The notes under the pieces: generated by a model | The model's database searches: none | What the model was told of the DNA's origin: nothing | Seen by the model: only the letters and a program-made list of their open reading frames with translations | Shown: piece by piece, positions 60,999 to 64,000 of the stretch | Layout of the letters: every line of letters starts with the position of its first letter | How positions within the stretch are numbered: position 1 is the first letter of the stretch | Translations under genes and position numbers: made by a program | DNA from: Candidatus Nanopelagicales bacterium | GTDB taxonomy: Bacteria; Actinomycetota; Actinomycetes; S36-B12; UBA5976 | Assembly (NCBI GenBank): GCA_018402365.1 | Contig: JAGYJD010000006.1 | Coordinates: forward strand, 3,689 to 67,688 | Direction: 5' to 3' | DNA length: 64,000 nucleotides

Positions 60999-61074
60999 AA
61001 GAACCCCTCTAACTTTCTCATTAGAGCCTAGTCAAAGAAACAAAAAATCTAGGTAAGAATTAGGCTGGGAATTT

Positions 61075-62316
61075 GTGGGCCTCTCTCAGTACTTAAAAAG
61101 ACTAATCAGAAACAGTAAATGGTTAGCAGGGCTTCCACGCGAAGTGGCAGTTTTGACTGTCATTGCATTTTTTGTGGCAATTGGCTTTGGGATTGTGATC
61201 CCGGCGATTCCTATATTTGCTCGCTCTTTCGGTGTCACAGCTTTTGCGGCCAGCAGTGTAGTAAGCATTTTTGCTTTAATGCGCTTTGCTTCATCTCCGC
61301 TGAGTGGAAAATTAGTGAATCGATTTGGTGAGCGACAAGTTTTAGCAACAGGCTTGATAATTGTTTCTATCTCAAGTTTTCTAGCTGGTATCGCTGATAA
61401 CTTTTTAGCGCTTATTCTTTGGAGGGGTGCTGGCGGATTAGGTTCTGCCATGTTTACCGTTTCCGCGTTTTCTTTGATCTTGCGCTTAGCGAAGCCAAAC
61501 CAAAGAGGCCGTGCGGTCTCAGCCTTTAATGGGGGTTTTTTAATAGGTGGCTTGGCAGGCCCGGCGGTAGGTGGAATCGTTATTAGCATTTCATTGCGCG
61601 CACCATTTTTTGTTTATGCAATTTCTTTAATGTTTGCCGCAGCCACCGCAATCATCATGCTAAAGAATGCTCCTTTAAACGATATTGAAAAAGAAGAAAT
61701 AGCCGCTAACAAAGAAGGAATTTTTGCTTTTATAAAAGCTTTAAAAATTCAACCCTATGCAGCAGCTCTCTCTGTGAACTTGGCGACTGGTTTTATTTCT
61801 TTTGGATTGCGCTCGGCAATTTTGCCAATTTTTGTGGTCGAAGGGTTGTTGCAAAATCCGAGTTGGATCGCAATAGGTTTTCTTGTTACCAGCGTTACCC
61901 AAGCAATCTTTTTATCTCTCGCCGGACGAACTACTGACGATCGAGGTCGCAAGCCTGCGATGGTAATTGGTACTATCAGCATTTTAATTTCTGTTTTAGT
62001 TTTAATCATTCTTCCGACCATGCTCGGATTTTTAATTTCGATGGCCATCGGTGGGTTGGCAGCCGCTTTTATGGGGGCAGCGCCGGCCGCAGTAGTTGGG
62101 GATGTGATTGGAAATAAAAAAAGTGGTTCGCTAATTGCGGGCTTTCAAATGACAACTGATCTAGGAGCTATTGCTGGGCCGTTAATTGCAGGTTTCTTAG
62201 TTGATTACGCTGGATTTAATTGGGCGTTTGTTTCAGGTGCAGTGGTTGCCACTTTTGCCTTAATACTCTCACTACAAATGAAGGAAACTCGCGAATCAAC
62301 CAAGCGCGTTACTTAA
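61075..62316 (+). CDS. MFS transporter
   Basis: 12-TM pattern, with the motif-A-like sequence GKLVNRFGERQV after TM2. Confidence 0.85.
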   Translation: MGLSQYLKRLIRNSKWLAGLPREVAVLTVIAFFVAIGFGIVIPAIPIFARSFGVTAFAASSVVSIFALMRFASSPLSGKLVNRFGERQVLATGLIIVSISSFLAGIADNFLALILWRGAGGLGSAMFTVSAFSLILRLAKPNQRGRAVSAFNGGFLIGGLAGPAVGGIVISISLRAPFFVYAISLMFAAATAIIMLKNAPLNDIEKEEIAANKEGIFAFIKALKIQPYAAALSVNLATGFISFGLRSAILPIFVVEGLLQNPSWIAIGFLVTSVTQAIFLSLAGRTTDDRGRKPAMVIGTISILISVLVLIILPTMLGFLISMAIGGLAAAFMGAAPAAVVGDVIGNKKSGSLIAGFQMTTDLGAIAGPLIAGFLVDYAGFNWAFVSGAVVATFALILSLQMKETRESTKRVT

Positions 62317-63465
62317 ATCCCCAAGTAAGTCTTCAATATTTTCGATGCCAACGCTGAGGCGAATTAAATCTTTTGGAACTTCTAAGGGACTACCGGCAGC
62401 ACTGGCATGAGTCATCCGTGCGGGATGCTCAATTAGGGATTCCACACCGCCCAGGCTTTCTGCCAAAGTAAACACCTTGGTTCGCTCAATCATTTTAAGG
62501 GCAGCTAGTTCGCCCTCTTTGTGACGAAAAGAAACCATGCCTCCAAAGTCTTTCATTTGCTTGGCTGCTACCTCATGTCCTGGATGTGAAGGGAGTCCTG
62601 GGTAGAAAACCTCTGCTACTTTTTTGTGATTTACTAAAAAATCTACGATTTGTTTAGCGTTTGAAACATGTCTTTCCATTCTGACGCTTAAAGTTTTAAT
62701 GCCACGAATTACTAACCAGCAATCATTGGGCCCAGGGATTGCTCCCATGGCATTTTGATGAAATTTAATACTTTCAGCTAATTTGGCATCTTTAACAATT
62801 AAGGCGCCACCAATTACATCGCTATGGCCACCAAGGTATTTAGTAGTTGAGTGAACTACCACATCCGCTCCAAGCGCTAAAGGCTGTTGCAAAAAAGAGC
62901 TGGCAAATGTATTGTCCACCGCCACTAAAGCGCCGTGACGATGCGCCAATTCGCTAATAGCTGCGATGTCGCCAATATTAAGTAAAGGATTAGTTGGAGT
63001 TTCAATCCAAACTAATTTAGTTTTTCCAGGTTGAATAGCAGCTTCAATTGCGGCTAAGTCATTGACCGGTGCGGGAGTGTGCTCGATTCCCCACTTAGCT
63101 AAAACTTTCGAAACCAATCGATAAGTACCGCCATAAGCATCATCAGGAATGACTAAGTGATCCCCTGGTGATAACACTGCATGCAACAAAGTGTCTTCTG
63201 CCGCTAAGCCAGAGGCAAAAGCAAATGCCTGCACTGACCGCTGTTCGTTCTGTGGCAGATCGACTGCTTCGATCGCTGCCAACAGCGTCTCAAGTGCGCT
63301 GCGAGTTGGATTTCCACTGCGGGCGTATTCGAATCCCCCGCGCAAGTTTCCGACTCCGTCTTGCTTAAAGGTGGAGGCATTAACAATCGCAGGTACCACC
63401 GCACCAGTATGTGGGTCTGCAGTTTGACCAGCGTGAATTGCAACAGTTTCAAAATTTTGGCTCAT
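62296..63465 (-). CDS. metB: PLP-dependent transsulfuration enzyme (cystathionine gamma-synthase/gamma-lyase family)
   Basis: HSTTKYLGGHSD PLP-lysine motif, 389 aa. Confidence 0.85.
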   Translation of the reverse strand: MSQNFETVAIHAGQTADPHTGAVVPAIVNASTFKQDGVGNLRGGFEYARSGNPTRSALETLLAAIEAVDLPQNEQRSVQAFAFASGLAAEDTLLHAVLSPGDHLVIPDDAYGGTYRLVSKVLAKWGIEHTPAPVNDLAAIEAAIQPGKTKLVWIETPTNPLLNIGDIAAISELAHRHGALVAVDNTFASSFLQQPLALGADVVVHSTTKYLGGHSDVIGGALIVKDAKLAESIKFHQNAMGAIPGPNDCWLVIRGIKTLSVRMERHVSNAKQIVDFLVNHKKVAEVFYPGLPSHPGHEVAAKQMKDFGGMVSFRHKEGELAALKMIERTKVFTLAESLGGVESLIEHPARMTHASAAGSPLEVPKDLIRLSVGIENIEDLLGDLSNALG

Positions 63466-63526
63466 GCCTCGACTTTAGAGGACACCAGTTTTAGGACATA
63501 CTGGTAACACACGAAAGGAACAATTC

Positions 63527-64000
63527 ATGAGTAGTGAGACTGCTTACTTTGCTTTGGGCTGCTTTTGGGGTGCTGAGAGAAGATTTTGGCAAACTGAGGG
63601 GGTAGTAGAGACCTCTGTTGGTTATATGGGCGGAGCGGTACCAGACCCTAGCTATGAATTAGTTTGCACCGGTGGCACCAATCACACTGAAGCTGTGAAA
63701 GTAATTTTTGACAATGAAAAAGTCAGTTACCGCAGTTTATTAGAAATGTTTTGGACTATTCATGACCCAACACAAGGCGACCGTCAAGGTAATGACATCG
63801 GCTCTCAGTATCGCAGCGCTATTTTTTATACCTCAGAAGAGCAAAAACTAACTGCCCAAGAAACTTTAGACATTTACCAAGCCGCAATTACTCACGCTGG
63901 CTTTGGAAAGATCACTACCGAGATCACTGCTGCGGCAGATCACCCTTATTACCCAGCTGAGCAATACCACCAAAAGTATTTAGCTAAAAATCCCAATGGT
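63527..64000 (+). CDS. msrA: peptide-methionine (S)-S-oxide reductase MsrA (3' end beyond the window)
   Basis: MSSETAYFALGCFWGAERRFW... contains the GCFWG active site. The ATG lies 7 nt after GAAAGGA. Confidence 0.9.
   Translation, partial: MSSETAYFALGCFWGAERRFWQTEGVVETSVGYMGGAVPDPSYELVCTGGTNHTEAVKVIFDNEKVSYRSLLEMFWTIHDPTQGDRQGNDIGSQYRSAIFYTSEEQKLTAQETLDIYQAAITHAGFGKITTEITAAADHPYYPAEQYHQKYLAKNPNG

Noticed and set aside
63466-63526. A SAM or other riboswitch upstream of metB or msrA.
   Set aside because: The divergent spacer is 61 nt and must hold two promoters and an SD sequence. It is too short for any known riboswitch aptamer.
1-64000. A prophage, integrative element, defence island or toxin-antitoxin cluster.
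   Set aside because: I saw no integrase, transposase, recombinase, tRNA attachment site, restriction-modification, Cas or abortive-infection-like genes. The gene content is core metabolism and translation, with synteny to other Actinomycetota. RmuC and PhoH2 are single conserved housekeeping-context genes here.

Overview
This window is 64 kb of a very compact, AT-leaning (by eye, not computed) Actinomycetota chromosome. The phylum call rests on the mycothiol genes mshB and mca, the actinobacterial DUF3107, DUF3117 and DUF4245 proteins, and gene order that, from memory, resembles two Mycobacterium core blocks. The content is almost entirely housekeeping. It includes tsaD-rimI-tsaB-tsaE-alr-nnr-acpS-glmS-tatB-glmM-rpsI-rplM, then tatC-tatA-truA-rplQ-rpoA-rpsD-rpsK-rpsM-rpmJ-infA. 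Further on are mrp, htrA, dapE/dapD/dapC, tyrA, pheA, fdxA, cysS, mshB, typA, ychF, rmuC, ispH, xseAB, a class I fumarase, phoH2, uppS, mca, greA, an ABC-2 exporter, ilvA, metB and msrA. I saw no rRNA, tRNA, CRISPR array, transposase, integrase or recognisable defence gene. I did not find a convincing new multi-gene system. The points most worth a second look are listed here. (1) About 3.5 kb of decaying DNA (a multi-lesion ppdK pseudogene plus a ThiF/MoeB pseudogene) lies exactly where the two syntenic core blocks join. (2) Next to it is a four-enzyme gamma-glutamylation-type amine or amino-alcohol catabolic cluster. (3) All 13 convergent gene pairs overlap tail-to-tail, and 7 of them share a 4-nt stop (TTAA, TTAG or CTAA). 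(4) The only clear intrinsic terminator sits inside or just ahead of the truA reading frame. (5) There is a structured spacer upstream of rpsM. (6) The DUF4245 gene is split. Three small genes below the ORF-track cutoff were added by hand: rpmJ, DUF3117 and a 52-aa membrane ORF candidate.
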